From: Entomortierella parvispora E1425
Taxonomy: Eukaryota > Fungi > Mortierellomycota
NCBI GenBank assembly: GCA_020891255.1
Contig: BQFW01000009.1
Coordinates: forward strand, 186,001 to 250,000
Length of the DNA stretch: 64,000 nt
Direction of reading: 5' to 3'
The first letter of the stretch is position 1, and each line of letters opens with the position of its first letter. The position numbers and the translations under genes were made by a program. Shown one piece after another: positions 48,026-59,853 of this stretch. The notes under the pieces are model-generated. The model was not told the DNA's origin. It searched no databases and worked only from the letters and a program-made list of their open reading frames with translations.

Positions 48026-51000
48026 CTATGGAGGAACTGGAGGACTTGGAAGACTTGGAAAGACCAACAAAGTCTGCCTACTATCCACCTTGGTTGACCC
48101 TTTTTTCGAGGCGGCGCCGCGGGTCGATGCAGCCTTAGAAGCCCCCCTTCCCCGGCCTCGGCCTCGTCCTCGCGTACTTGCGCTCGCAGCCGTTTCGTCT
48201 CTTGTTTTGGGTGGGTCTTTTGGTTTGAGTGGGTCTTTTGGTTTGGGTGAATCTTTTGGTTTGGGTGAATCTTTTGGTTTGGGTGGATCTTTTGGTTTGG
48301 GTGGATCTTTTGGTTTGGGTGGATCCTTTGGTTTGACTGGGTCTTTTGGTTTGGGTGGATCCTTTGGTTTGGCTAGGTCTTTTGGTTTGGCCGGGTCTTT
48401 TGGTTTGGGTGGTCTGCCTATCCTGCCTGTCCGTGGGGCACCACTTGCCGTTGCCTTTTTAAGACGATAAGCCTCCATCTCATACTCCAGCTTGTTATTT
48501 CGTCCGCTCTCACCTCTACGGAGCAAAGTGTTGTCAAGCCTGACTATTCCACCTGCAGACCCAGATGCCAACCATGCTGCTGAATGAAAACAATTGGACC
48601 ATTGAACCTAGCGAGAGGTCGAATACCAGTGAATTGGTCATTAGATTCCTGGCAAAACAAAAAATCGTGCATTCTCTGAAGCATATTAAAGACTCTCACT
48701 CTTTCTTACCTTTTGGATAGCCACATTTGGTGGGAAAAACATGATACTAGAAGATGCCTGGCTTACAAACTCCTGCTTCTCCTCTTCCTTGTATCGGAAT
48801 ACTTGCTCATTTCTTTGTTGAGCCTCATCTTGTATTTCCGAAACGTCATCTCCTGTGGAATCAATCCCTTTGGCGCTTTGCTCCTCCCCTTCTACCTTCT
48901 CAATCTGGTAGAGGTGGTTTTGAACCATTCCCTATAAGAAAAGATATTTATGAAACTCAGATCAATGAGACTCATCTTGCAAAACTTGCAGAAAAACGTC
49001 CATAGTCTTACATATCCACGCCTCGCCTTGTATGCTGGATTGGTCATGATCACCCTGCCATCGGAAACCGCAGCGGCAGCGAAAGGTTGATAATTGGAGT
49101 ACGACATGTCCCAAATAACTCCTTTTGAATTGAATAATTTGAAACTGGCGCTCTCTTGATAAAGCTGGTTAAACTTGAGACCATAATCCACATCTGCATA
49201 GGCCGTGCCCTCAGCCCAAGGTATCGCCATGGTCGACATTGGGACACCAAGAAACGATTTGATATCCAACGGAGCATGCGTGTCGCGCACATCAGTATAA
49301 CGCGTCCTGCCGTCATAACTTCCAGAAACGAGAATCCATGGGACAATGGACGCGTCGTTGTACCGCATCCAGTCAACACACCGAATACTGACATCATGCA
49401 CCTGCGGCGAGTAGATGGGATCAAGACACTCTAATGAATCGACGAAAGCGAGATTAGAGGTGTTTGAAAAGCTAAAAGTCGAGGATGGAACATGTCTGAT
49501 TTCCTTGTCACTGACTAACCTGCATCCTTCTCTGCCAAGCTTTCTTTCGACTGGCTAAGGAGCTCCTGGGTATCCCAAACATAAACGGTTCCGTTGGTGC
49601 CGGCAGCGGCCAGTCTGTCTGCCGAACCCCAGCTAATGCTCATGCAACAAATTTCCCCTACACGCAGCGTGACAAGTGGCTCTTGGTATTGTACTAGTGA
49701 CGCAACGCATTAAAATTAGAATTGACACTCCCAGCCGCAGTCGCCACGTAAAAAAAAAGGGTCACTCCTGCTTACTATAGATCACGTCATCCGCCCCCAT
49801 GGAATTGTCGCGATCGAGCTGGTTTCTTAGGCTGGTGGGGTCTGGGATACTAAAAATTCGGACGGTCCCATCACTAAATGTGGCGGCCAAGATGCCGAGT
49901 CTATCCAACTCCCCTAACCCTTCTCCCTTTGTTCAGAAAAAAGAGGCATCGGTTGAAATGTTAGCAGCTTGACATGCATAATGGCTGATTTACGAGGATA
50001 CAGACTCGACTTACTGCCTTCATCCGGTTTCCGTAAGGACACCATTTCAAGTCAAACACGGCGCCATAAGAGTGCAATATGCAAAGTGCTAAGTATGCGT
50101 CTGGCTTGCCTTGAAGCTCTCCGTCGTTGTTTGTGGTACAATTCATACGCCAGATCTGGATAACGTTGGGATGTGGGTCTTGCTTTCCTAAATAATAGAG
50201 CTGATCTCGCGACTGACAATTTTCATCCGTATCTGGAAATCCTCCAACAGCAATATAATCCATGTTTTCTTGGGGCTTGCCCTTGATGGTAGGCAGCGGG
50301 CACCAATCCAGACCCCAGACTGACAGGCCTGCGTTCAGCATATAAAAACTGTTCACACCAGGTTCTACAAAGAAAATATGGAGGGCAATAAGTCTCGGAT
50401 TTCGTGTATGCACTGCACAACTAGCGGACTCCAGGGAACTTGCTTACTCTCTGTCGTTTCCATGTAGTGTGATTTCAAGGCCTGAATATCCACAATCTGT
50501 TCGCGGGTGTGCGCTTTTGAAGTGGTCAGCAACGGCAGATACTCATCCAAGTCTGCGGGCTCTCTATGGAAGTGTTCATATCAACAAGCATCAGCGCATG
50601 GTCTTATGGTCTTGACTACGCAATCAAGAGGTCATCTTCACAATAAACCCTTACGTGACAACACGAAAATCCTTGATATTGCAATTAACGGTACAATGCA
50701 CGGGCTGTTCCAAAAGACTAGGTTGCATGCTGATACTAACAATATCATCAACAGTGGGTCCCTGATGAGCATCCTTCCAGCCTGCTGGTATAGCTGTCGC
50801 GCTGTTGAGTTCTCCTTTCTTATGAATTGGTTTCTTTTTCTTGAACGGCCTTGGATCGCGAACATAAGGCGAATATGGAGCCAGTTTGTCTTTGAGGGTT
50901 GTAGCAACAATTTCGACTCGATCCTCTGTGATGGGCAATGTAGCCTGCTTCGACCCTGCTCCCAGCGAAGGTGGACCCAACAGCCTGTCGACTTCCTGAC

Positions 51001-51295
51001 CAGAGAGTTGATAAGTCATCACCCTTCTCGCAGGCGTTTTCCTTTTCTTTGGCTTTGACTCTGTATTGTCTTCTGACGCGTATTCGTCCTCGTTCTGATC
51101 TTCCTCTTCCATTTCCAGGTCCGAGTTGTCGTCGTCTTCCTTTTCCTCATCGTGACCATCACCAGCGGGCTCTGAGTATTCGTCCGAATCGTCGTCATTG
51201 GTCCGCGGACTGGAGTCATGATCCCCGTCCTGATTGGTCGCAGCCTTGATCTTGTTCTGGGCTGCTTTGGCAGCACTACGTGAGGGTCGCGTCAT
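48026..51295 (-). CDS. WD40 protein resembling TFIIIC subunit Tfc6/Sfc6/GTF3C2
   Basis: SVWGLDWCP...YIAVGG, GAVFDLKWCP, LGILAATFSDGTVRIFSIP and SIRCVDW motifs; acidic N-terminus; GRPP/GRGR AT-hook-like tail. Confidence 0.75.
48216..48413 (-). repeat. 11 x 18-bp coding tandem repeat (KPKDPP)
   Basis: Seen directly in the DNA and in the translation. Confidence 0.95.
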
Positions 51296-51929
51296 GGTTC
51301 CTGTGTCCTGGTGACAATGACAGTCGTGTTCCCAATCAGTCGGTGTCAGCCACAGTCCAGTCGAATGCACAGCAAAGCAAGCAAAGGCAATAAAGGCAAT
51401 AAAGCAAAGCTTACACCAGCATGCCACGAATCAGGACCAACAAACAGTCCGCATTGCATTCACATCACGCACGTTCAGGAGACACAGGAGACACAGGACA
51501 AACGCGAGGTCAGGCCGGTGGCTCAGCCGCAGGTGATTGGTCTGACCCAGAGGATCAGAGCCAGCCACCTGACCCTGATGGCCTGGCAGAGTCCCCGCGT
51601 GACTCGCTTCCGAGAGTCGACGGCCGCGTCGACTTTGCTCGCCTTGCTGGGTGGACCGACCTGCGCTTGGCAATGCCTGCGACACTGAAGGAAAAGGGTC
51701 CTGTCTGTCCTTTAAATAGCTGCGTGGCCCACTCCTTGTCTTTGCATTCATCCATCCCATCCCATCCTAACCCAACCCAACTCAACTCACTCTGAAACTG
51801 CGGCACCGCTCTTTCTCTCTCTTTGTTTCTTCTCGCCTGCATCTCTAACTCTTTGCTCAACGCCCTCTCGCCCTCACCTGCACCCGCGCCTACTCCTTCC
51901 TTCCTTCACCACTCATACCTTCATACACC

Positions 51930-52520
51930 ATGGTTCGATCCGCATTCCAACAAGAACATGTCTTTGGTATGTCCTACTACTCTTTTTCAATCACCACCAG
52001 ACTCTCTCACCGTCTCCTCAGCTCCTCTAACCGACTTTTCTGTCGACTCTTCACCTCTTCTAGAGAAACGCAAAGCTGAAGCAGAGCGTATTCGCCAAAA
52101 GTACCCCGACCGCATTCCTGTAAGCCAGGCGTGACTGAGGCATTTTTATTCGCCCGTGCATGTAGCACGAAAGACGCAGTGCTAGTCCAGAAGTGCTGAC
52201 ACCATTGATTTTTTTTTTCTTCTCCTCCTTAGGTCATTTGTGAAAAAGTCGACAAGTCAGATATTGCCACCATTGACAAGAAGAAATATCTCGTGCCCGC
52301 AGACTTGACGGTCGGTCAATTTGTCTACGTAATCCGTAAACGTATCAAGCTTTCCCCCGAGAAGGCAATCTTCATTTTCGTCAATGAAGTCCTTCCCCCA
52401 ACAGCCGCCCTCATGTCGTCAATTTATGAAGAACATCAGGATAAGGACGGCTTCCTCTACATCACATATTCGGGCGAGAACACCTTTGGCTCAGAACTCG
52501 AGACAACGGAGACAGACTAG
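51930..52520 (+). CDS. ATG8: Autophagy-related protein 8
   Basis: Three exons: [42 protein letters not shown]...[15 protein letters not shown]...YSGENTFG. Confidence 0.97.
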
Positions 52521-52820
52521 CGAATGAAGATCCCTGTCGACGTCAGTTTCTCCCCTTGCTTTTTTTCATGAATGACTGTTATGTTACCCACCACAGAGGA
52601 TCGTCTTCAGTGTGCCCTCTTCAATGTTTATCTCTGTATCTGTCTCGCACACCCTTGCTATCGCCTCAGTGGGTGAGGGAGGGCCGCAATGGTCTGTCAC
52701 CCGGTCCAAGCTCGCGCCTTCCGTTTGTCGTTCGTTCCTTTTTTTTTCTTTTTTTTTACTTCTACATCAAATAAATAGTTGTCCGCTTGCTGTACATAAA
52801 AAAAAAGAAAATGAAATTGA

Positions 52821-53924
52821 CTATGCATTTTTCTTCTGCTCTGCTGGCACCGACTCGCTTTCGACTTCGTCCGCTACTCGCTCTCCAGTCTTCACAATGG
52901 ATTCGATATACTCATTGGCCTCTTGGATGACCGATTCTACATCAATCCTGCTCATGGCTTGATCCCGAGCCTCCTTGTATTCGAGGTCCGAAAGAAGGAT
53001 CCCATGCTCCACCTCGCGTTTCTTCCAGTACTCCACAAATTGCTTCCTCAACAAAGGGTCTCTGAGCGAAGCGACTCTAGCGAGTTGTAAAGCCCGATGC
53101 CGTCCAATCATGGCCTCCTGTGCTTGACAAAGGTCGCTCAAGATCTCCACCTCATCTCGAGGACCGCTAGCTCCTGCGCGGTTAGATCTCCATAGCATAC
53201 CAATAATAACCAGAGTCATGGTTGCCAGACATCCATGACGAATACGATGGGCTCCTAGAGCTCCTCCTGTGCCATCCAATACCATGTAGGAAGACAATGA
53301 GCCAGCATCGATACCCCTGCTAATGGCCGCATACTCCAACCCTGAAAACACTCCAAGAGCAGCCAACCCCCATGTCCTGTACTTGTTGAGGTGTGATGTA
53401 GCGGTGGTGGCCATTCCAAGGAGAACTGCCGATCCCACGTATGCAGCCATCGCTCCAGGAACAAGGTACAGCAGATAATCGCTTGACTCTGAACAGTGAT
53501 CGCACCCCAGGAAGGTGTCGTGACCAAACACCATGTACAGCCATCGGCTCTCCATTGCCTTGAATCGTTCCCGAAGACTCTCTGGGAATCGAGTCATAAA
53601 AGTCGAGTCTACGGCCGCGCGCTCCCTCCAAGATTGATGCAGAATGAAGTTGGGACAATCGGCAGGCAACCCGAGCGTTTTGAAGATGTCGCGAGGTGTC
53701 TGAAAGGTCAGCGCTGCAAGATGGTACATCAGTGTCAACGTGAGGAGGACGCCCACGAACTTGTTCCATCGGGTCACTGCTACTGGAATTTTCTGGGCGC
53801 CCTGTTTGCCGAGACGCTGGAGTGGAGATGGTGGCGGGGCCTTCGCGGTGAGGGAGCGCAGAGCACTAAAGGCATATGGAAGTCCAATGACCACTAGAAT
53901 TTGAATGATGGAGGAATCAATCAT
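52821..53924 (-). CDS. Multi-pass membrane hypothetical protein
   Basis: 367-aa single-exon ORF with several hydrophobic segments, a CDHC motif and a charged C-terminal helix. Confidence 0.75.
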   Translation of the reverse strand: MIDSSIIQILVVIGLPYAFSALRSLTAKAPPPSPLQRLGKQGAQKIPVAVTRWNKFVGVLLTLTLMYHLAALTFQTPRDIFKTLGLPADCPNFILHQSWRERAAVDSTFMTRFPESLRERFKAMESRWLYMVFGHDTFLGCDHCSESSDYLLYLVPGAMAAYVGSAVLLGMATTATSHLNKYRTWGLAALGVFSGLEYAAISRGIDAGSLSSYMVLDGTGGALGAHRIRHGCLATMTLVIIGMLWRSNRAGASGPRDEVEILSDLCQAQEAMIGRHRALQLARVASLRDPLLRKQFVEYWKKREVEHGILLSDLEYKEARDQAMSRIDVESVIQEANEYIESIVKTGERVADEVESESVPAEQKKNA

Positions 53925-54619
53925 GATACAAAAGAGGCAGTTCTGGCTCGCCGAGGCAGCTCAGAATGGGAGATGAATAGAAAGAAGGATGGAGGAGAAG
54001 GGAGGGAGGGAGAATGAAAGAAAGAGGAATGATGGGATAGTGACCAACTGGAAAAGGGGGTAAGAGGAACCCAGGGGTGAGCAGTCAAGAAATGCTCATT
54101 TTTCACCAGTTCTCGACTTCTACAGGGGCTGCTGGTCCTGGTGTTAGTTCTGGGTGCTGATGCCGATGCTGGTCCCTATGCTGGTCCCTATGCTGATGCT
54201 GATGCTGGCATGGTGCAGCTGGTGCGGTTGGTGGACAACTGCGCGCTGTTATTGTGCTGACAAGGAAGCACATACTCTGGCAAAGCCGAAGAATGCATCG
54301 CGTCCCTTGCCACCAAACTCCTGAAATATTTTTGTGACAGTGCGCTTTTGCCACCCAAAAATGCTTTCGCTCTGCCATTCGCCGCTGCATTTCTTAATGC
54401 CCACCAACTCGCACAACCTCATGCATGGACGGCAGGTTATCCGACGATCCAACCGGACGGGTGTTCGCTTGGCAAAAGCTGTCGCAGGCAGAGCTGGACC
54501 AGATCGCACATGATTCGCGTAAACAGAGACAGGTCAGGCTCATGGTACGTCGCATTTCGACATTGATTGGAATGAAAGGTTTATCGCAAGGCACCGCTGA
54601 CTGACCTCTTAATGAACAT

Positions 54620-55387
54620 TTGTTTTTGCAGCAGGACCCTCCGAAGTGCTCGTATTGTCCGAAGGCTCGCTTCACCTCTCTGACAATGTATACGACACAT
54701 TGTCAGTCGAAGGCCCATCGAATTCGAGTTCGCGAATTCCAAAAAATTCAAAGGAGGGCCTTACACAACAATACCCTGAAGCACACCAGCATAGACATCC
54801 ATGACTCCTCAAGCAGAGATGGGCAGACTTCAGGCGACTCTTTCAATGACGTGGGTGCACGCATACCGATTCGTATGGACATTGTTAAGGAGGCTGATAG
54901 TGCTGAAATCGGGAAATGCAGCTCTGGCTCAGATCTCAATGGACCGCTTAGGGAAACGGGACCAGATTCTGGAAGACTGCTGGTGAAAAAAGTGGGCGCA
55001 GTTTCGGAGGAAAAAGCCAGAGATTCTCAGGGACGAAATTTGAATGTCGCCAGCACCAGTGCGAAGAATAATCCCCGCTGCCCTTTGTGCCGCGGGTCGA
55101 CACTTCGAAAACAATCCTTTAAGAGCCACATTTTGAGCGCCAAACACATGAAAGCTGTATACAAGTTAATGCAGACGTGGTCGGGACCGATTCCACCGAC
55201 TAACGAAATGGACGTGTTATCTGCTATGGACCAGTACTGCTGGGGCGCAGCCGTGGGTGCAGAAGAGGAACATGATGAAGAAGCAGAGGAGGAGGAGCGG
55301 GTGTCGGATGTATTACCGGGTTCTCCTGAAGGAGAAGCATATGATATCCTGAGTGCACAGGAAGTTGACATGGACCTCAGCGAATAA
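54620..55387 (+). CDS. C2H2 zinc-finger protein (U1/matrin-type, two fingers); 5' exons unresolved
   Basis: CSYC...HCQSKAH and CPLC...HILSAKH fingers. Confidence 0.6.
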   Translation: MFLQQDPPKCSYCPKARFTSLTMYTTHCQSKAHRIRVREFQKIQRRALHNNTLKHTSIDIHDSSSRDGQTSGDSFNDVGARIPIRMDIVKEADSAEIGKCSSGSDLNGPLRETGPDSGRLLVKKVGAVSEEKARDSQGRNLNVASTSAKNNPRCPLCRGSTLRKQSFKSHILSAKHMKAVYKLMQTWSGPIPPTNEMDVLSAMDQYCWGAAVGAEEEHDEEAEEEERVSDVLPGSPEGEAYDILSAQEVDMDLSE

Positions 55388-55534
55388 ACAGACACGCCTC
55401 GGCGCTCTCAATCTTGACCCCACTGGGCGCACCCCATCGCCTCCAATGTGTCATGGTGACCAACTCTAAGCCACCTATTATAAAATGTGATTTCCACACT
55501 TGAAATGCATCTTTGTACTCTTTTACGACGCGCC

Positions 55535-56662
55535 ATGTCCCTCAAGAAACTCGGTTAGTGGAACTAATCTTGGAAGTTGTCCACTGCTGAATCGGAATAA
55601 AGGCAATTTGATGGGCTGACATTTCTGCTCCTCATTTCCTCCATTCTCTAGTATTTGTCACAGGTATGCATTTTATTTTATTATTATTTTTCTGTTCGGT
55701 AACGAAAAATTATCCCGTCTTTCCTAAACACGCACTCGCATGGAATGCTCGTTTAGGAAACAAGAACAAGCTGTTGGAGGTGCAACAGATCCTTGGACCT
55801 CATGTTGATCTGCACAATGTCAAGCTTGACTGTAAGTTTTACTTTGTTGATCTGACTCTGATCTGCCTCTCCTCGAAGTACTTGAATCCGTTATTAATGC
55901 GTGCCATTATGTGTCGAACGCTATAGTGCCAGAGTTTCAAGGAACGACACAGGATGTCGCCAGGGAGAAATGCAAGATGGCGGCTGATATTGTAAATTGT
56001 TTTCTCTGGACCAGCTTTTCAGCTTAAATGATGATGTTAGTGGGCCAACGTAGGATGAACAATAACTGATTTGCTAAAACTCTTTAGGTGAAAGGGCCTG
56101 TCATCACCGAGGATACCAGTCTTGGATTCAATGCCTTGAACGGACTTCCTGGCCCTTATATGTAAGAAGATAGAGGTCCAACATGCTATTGAACAGTGTG
56201 GAAGGCGGATGTCTTACTGTACACTTCATATATCATGAATCGATAGTAAGTGGTTCTTGGAGGGTGTCGGTCATACCGGTTTGAACAAGATGCTCGATGG
56301 ATTCGACGATCGATCTGCATTTGCGCTGTGCACTTTTGCTCTCTCAGAAGGCCCAGGCACGGAACCCATTCTGTTCGAAGGCCGCAATGATGTAAGAATA
56401 GTTTGGGTTTGGTTTCTTTTTGGAAGGAGAATGAGTGTTTTGAAACAACGTATATTCACATACTTGCTTTTGTTATGTTTGTTAGGGAACCATTGTCACT
56501 GCTCGTGGACCTACTAATTTTGGCTGGGACCCAGTGTTCCTTCCTAATGGATATGAATCCACATACGCTGAGATGGACAAGGAGACCAAGAACGCCATTT
56601 CGCATCGTTCACGCGCTCTCGCCAAGCTGCGTGCATATCTGGAAAAGGAAGTATCTGCCTAG
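55535..56662 (+). CDS. HAM1: Inosine triphosphate pyrophosphatase
   Basis: Spliced FVTGNKNKL, LPEFQG, EDTSL, GLPGPYIKWF, FGWDPVF and [11 protein letters not shown] motifs. Confidence 0.95.
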
Positions 56663-56748
56663 AACGTCAAAGGGCAGACACTACATTTGCAACACCATGG
56701 CACAAAAAGAGAACTCAGAATAATGTTTAATTAATAAAATGGCATATC

Positions 56749-59651
56749 CTATTCATTTGTATGAGCTTGAGCAGACTCGCCCTCCTCGGGAGCATGTGCC
56801 CCAGGGGCTTCCTCAGTGTTGTTATTCAAGTTTGTTTCAGGCGATGGTGTCTGCACACTAGCCTCTTCCTCCAACAGTTCTCTGTTTGTTGTTGGCACAG
56901 GGATATAGCCCTCAATTTGCCTCAACTCTTGAACTAGCGCGTGCATAGAGAGCACTGTCAAAGCGCAAATTCCAATCGTGCCCAGCAATGCCAACAGGAC
57001 CAGGCAAATCCAGAACCATGCATTGTGTAATGGATCAGAGTCCCCAGGAAGCAAGACTCGGTCAATGACATAGACCACGCCACTGAATTGCTTATTGTCA
57101 TCAACCATCATTGCTAAGGGGGCCTGTCTCCATGATGCACCCTGTCCTCGTACTGGTTGAGCCTGGCGGTCTTCATATTCTCCATCATCCCGCCAGGCAG
57201 GGTGTGCTCTACCATGGTTGACGATAGTGGCTTCCTTGTTGAATGCGGCGCCTTTCACTCGAACACCAAAGGTCTGTCTGATGCGGTGTCTCCTTAAACT
57301 CAGTAGCGCATCACGATTGAGCAGACTAGGCTCTTCTTCGTCATTATCCTTATTGAGCTCCATTAATTTTCCTGGCACCACATGAAGTCGAACCAGCCTG
57401 CTCATAAAGTCAGCATCGTTCAGGGACCCTTGGAGGTTGGCTTCCTCGAAGGCTTGGTCTGTGGGTGCGAAAATAGTGAAGTCCTGATCCCAGTCCGTGA
57501 GTAGTCGACCCAGGTTGGAAGTCTGGATAGAACGAAGAAAATTGGTGGTGTTCGCTCCTTGGAGTACATTGTACAAGGTAATGGAGAGCGATGGAGGCAG
57601 AGACACTGCAGAGACAGTATGGACCACCCCTGATTCAACAAGTAAATCTAAAGTGGAAAGAAGTGTTTTACGGCGATTATCAGCACTAGCATATAAAAAA
57701 GGTATGCCCATGCTCGCTGAATAATGTACCTTTGCCGGTCAGTTGTCCTGAGACCTGGCCTGCTTGCTCCTGTGCTGCTTTCACATATATCGCATCACCT
57801 TTCTTATCTATCACAATATCGTCACCCAGAGATGTTTTGACTACACTCCTTCCAGACGCCATATCGGCAGTGTACAAGACATGATCGTATTGTGCATCCA
57901 CGATTGTATACCGAACAACCGCCTCCAGGGCCTTTAGGGAACCATTATGATCGCTTCGCAGGAAATTATTGACCACCCCTAGATCCTGCCAGGCAGCGTT
58001 GCTAGGTGCAAACACGGTGACACTTCGTGCATCTGATATCCGACGACTCAATCCTGCAATTTTCAGAGCTTGAGTGAACCCTGACAACACATCTTGTTGC
58101 TTTAGTGCATTCATCAAAGACAGAGGTAGCGTCAGTGGTCTAGCGACAGTGTAGATGAGAGACCTCCCCACTTGAACTAGATTCAAGGTGGTAGTTAATA
58201 TAAGGTCAGTAAGTTGTAGAAAGCAAACTCTTTGTCAGCCGGTCGAAAATATATTGCTACCGTACCGGGTGCTCCTTCGATTTCAGCCCCATTGATTGTT
58301 ACCACGCTACTTCGATGGTCTTGTCGAATTGAAACCTTGGACCTCTGAGCGCGGCCGTTCAGCTCTTCCGTAACGAGCTCTGTCTCCAATAGCTGCCCGT
58401 CCTGAAAATTATAGACCTGCTTCCTCCCAGGAACGATGTGATAAAGTAGAGTATCGGCATCGGCATCTTCAAGCATCAAGTCAGACTCTGAATCCCGAGG
58501 CGCAAAAATAGTGTAACTAGCTTCAGGATCGTCAATGTAATGGTTTAAACCAACTTGTCTCAAGCGCTCCACAAATTGGGTGGAGTTGAGCCCAATAAGA
58601 TACTTGGCTGGTGTCCATACAAGACTGGTGGGCAAAAGAGGCCGCGATACCACATGGATGACACCGTTAGAGGCCAAAACATCTGACTGTCGGATCTCAG
58701 AATTATCTACCATCCAGTGCCCATCCTCTAGGCTAGTCGCTAACTCTTGTCCCTCCAGTGTCGAGATACTACTGCTTCCCTGCTGCACATCTTCCTGATA
58801 AAGGGCTCCTTTGTGAATGTGGTGTTGGATCGTAATTCTCAAGTCATCATGTCCTTGAGGGTGACTAAGGTATTGCCGTTGTACCTGACTTAGTTTTTCA
58901 AGAGCATTGGATGAAGGCGCGAAAAGAGTAAAAGTTCGATGGCGTCGAAGAAGAGTATCGAGCCCTGCGGCATGGATGATGTTGTAGAGTTCCTTCAAAT
59001 CGGCATGGGCAAGCATTGTATCCACTAGAAGAAGAAAGGTAAGATAAAATCAGACAGGAGACCTCTTATCGCCACAATGCTGAGAAGAGGTCAAGGGTCA
59101 ATTATTTTACCAAGATCCACTGGTGGCACCATCAGACGACTAACGACATGGACTACACCGTTATCAGCAGCCCAGTCCACTTTGAGCAGCTCCGCATTTC
59201 CAACCAAGATTTTGTTACGACGTCCAGGAATCCAACCAGGTTTGGATACTGCCACTCTCTGACCCTCTTGGTTATCACCCAAATAGCCATCCTTGACGAG
59301 CGCCGTCTCTAACAGCATGGCATTTTTGAAACTATCACTTGGCATTCTCTCTGGCAAGATATGGTACAGTAACATGTCTTTGTCCACAGAGCGATGCTCT
59401 TTGTCCCATTGAAGGAATGCATCATTCGTTGGTGCAAAAAAAGTACATGCTTCGCGGTTGTTCAGGTCAGGAATCAGTCGATGCTTCTGGAGTTCTTTGA
59501 TAAGACGAGAGAACCCTGGGTCAGAAGAAACGACGTCGATAACAGTCTTCGTGGCATCCACACTTGGGGCCAACGAGGAGAACGTAACCAATATGGTAGC
59601 CACTAGGGTCAGCATTACAGGGAATGTGCCATGGGCTCGCGAGCACCGCAT
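56749..59651 (-). CDS. Multi-FAS1 (fasciclin) cell-surface protein with a signal peptide and a C-terminal TM helix
   Basis: Repeated TxFAPT/SNxAF...YH...NGVVHVV/ID FAS1 motifs; hydrophobic N-terminus; WFWICLVLLALLGTIG transmembrane segment. Confidence 0.9.
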
Positions 59652-59853
59652 TATTGGTAATGTGAAATGTAAGAGGAAGAATATACTCAGGCTCAAGAGA
59701 AAATGAATAGAGGGCAAGGTAAAGAAAGGGGAGAATGTTAAGTGTGCATGCATGCACATGCATGTGCACTTTTTATTTCACACGGCTAAACCCTTAATCA
59801 TCCACGAAGGAACGCGTGCTCTGCCTGTACTGAATGAATAGCCTCTTGGCAGA

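Noticed and set aside
48216-48413. Regular short repeats considered as a CRISPR-like array
   Set aside because: No unique spacers; the repeat is an in-frame coding minisatellite in a eukaryotic gene
49760-49910. GC-rich segment resembling the 29-bp motif or an intronic ncRNA
   Set aside because: It translates on the minus strand as a Tfc6 WD40 exon (LGILAATFSDGTVRIFSIP), so it is coding
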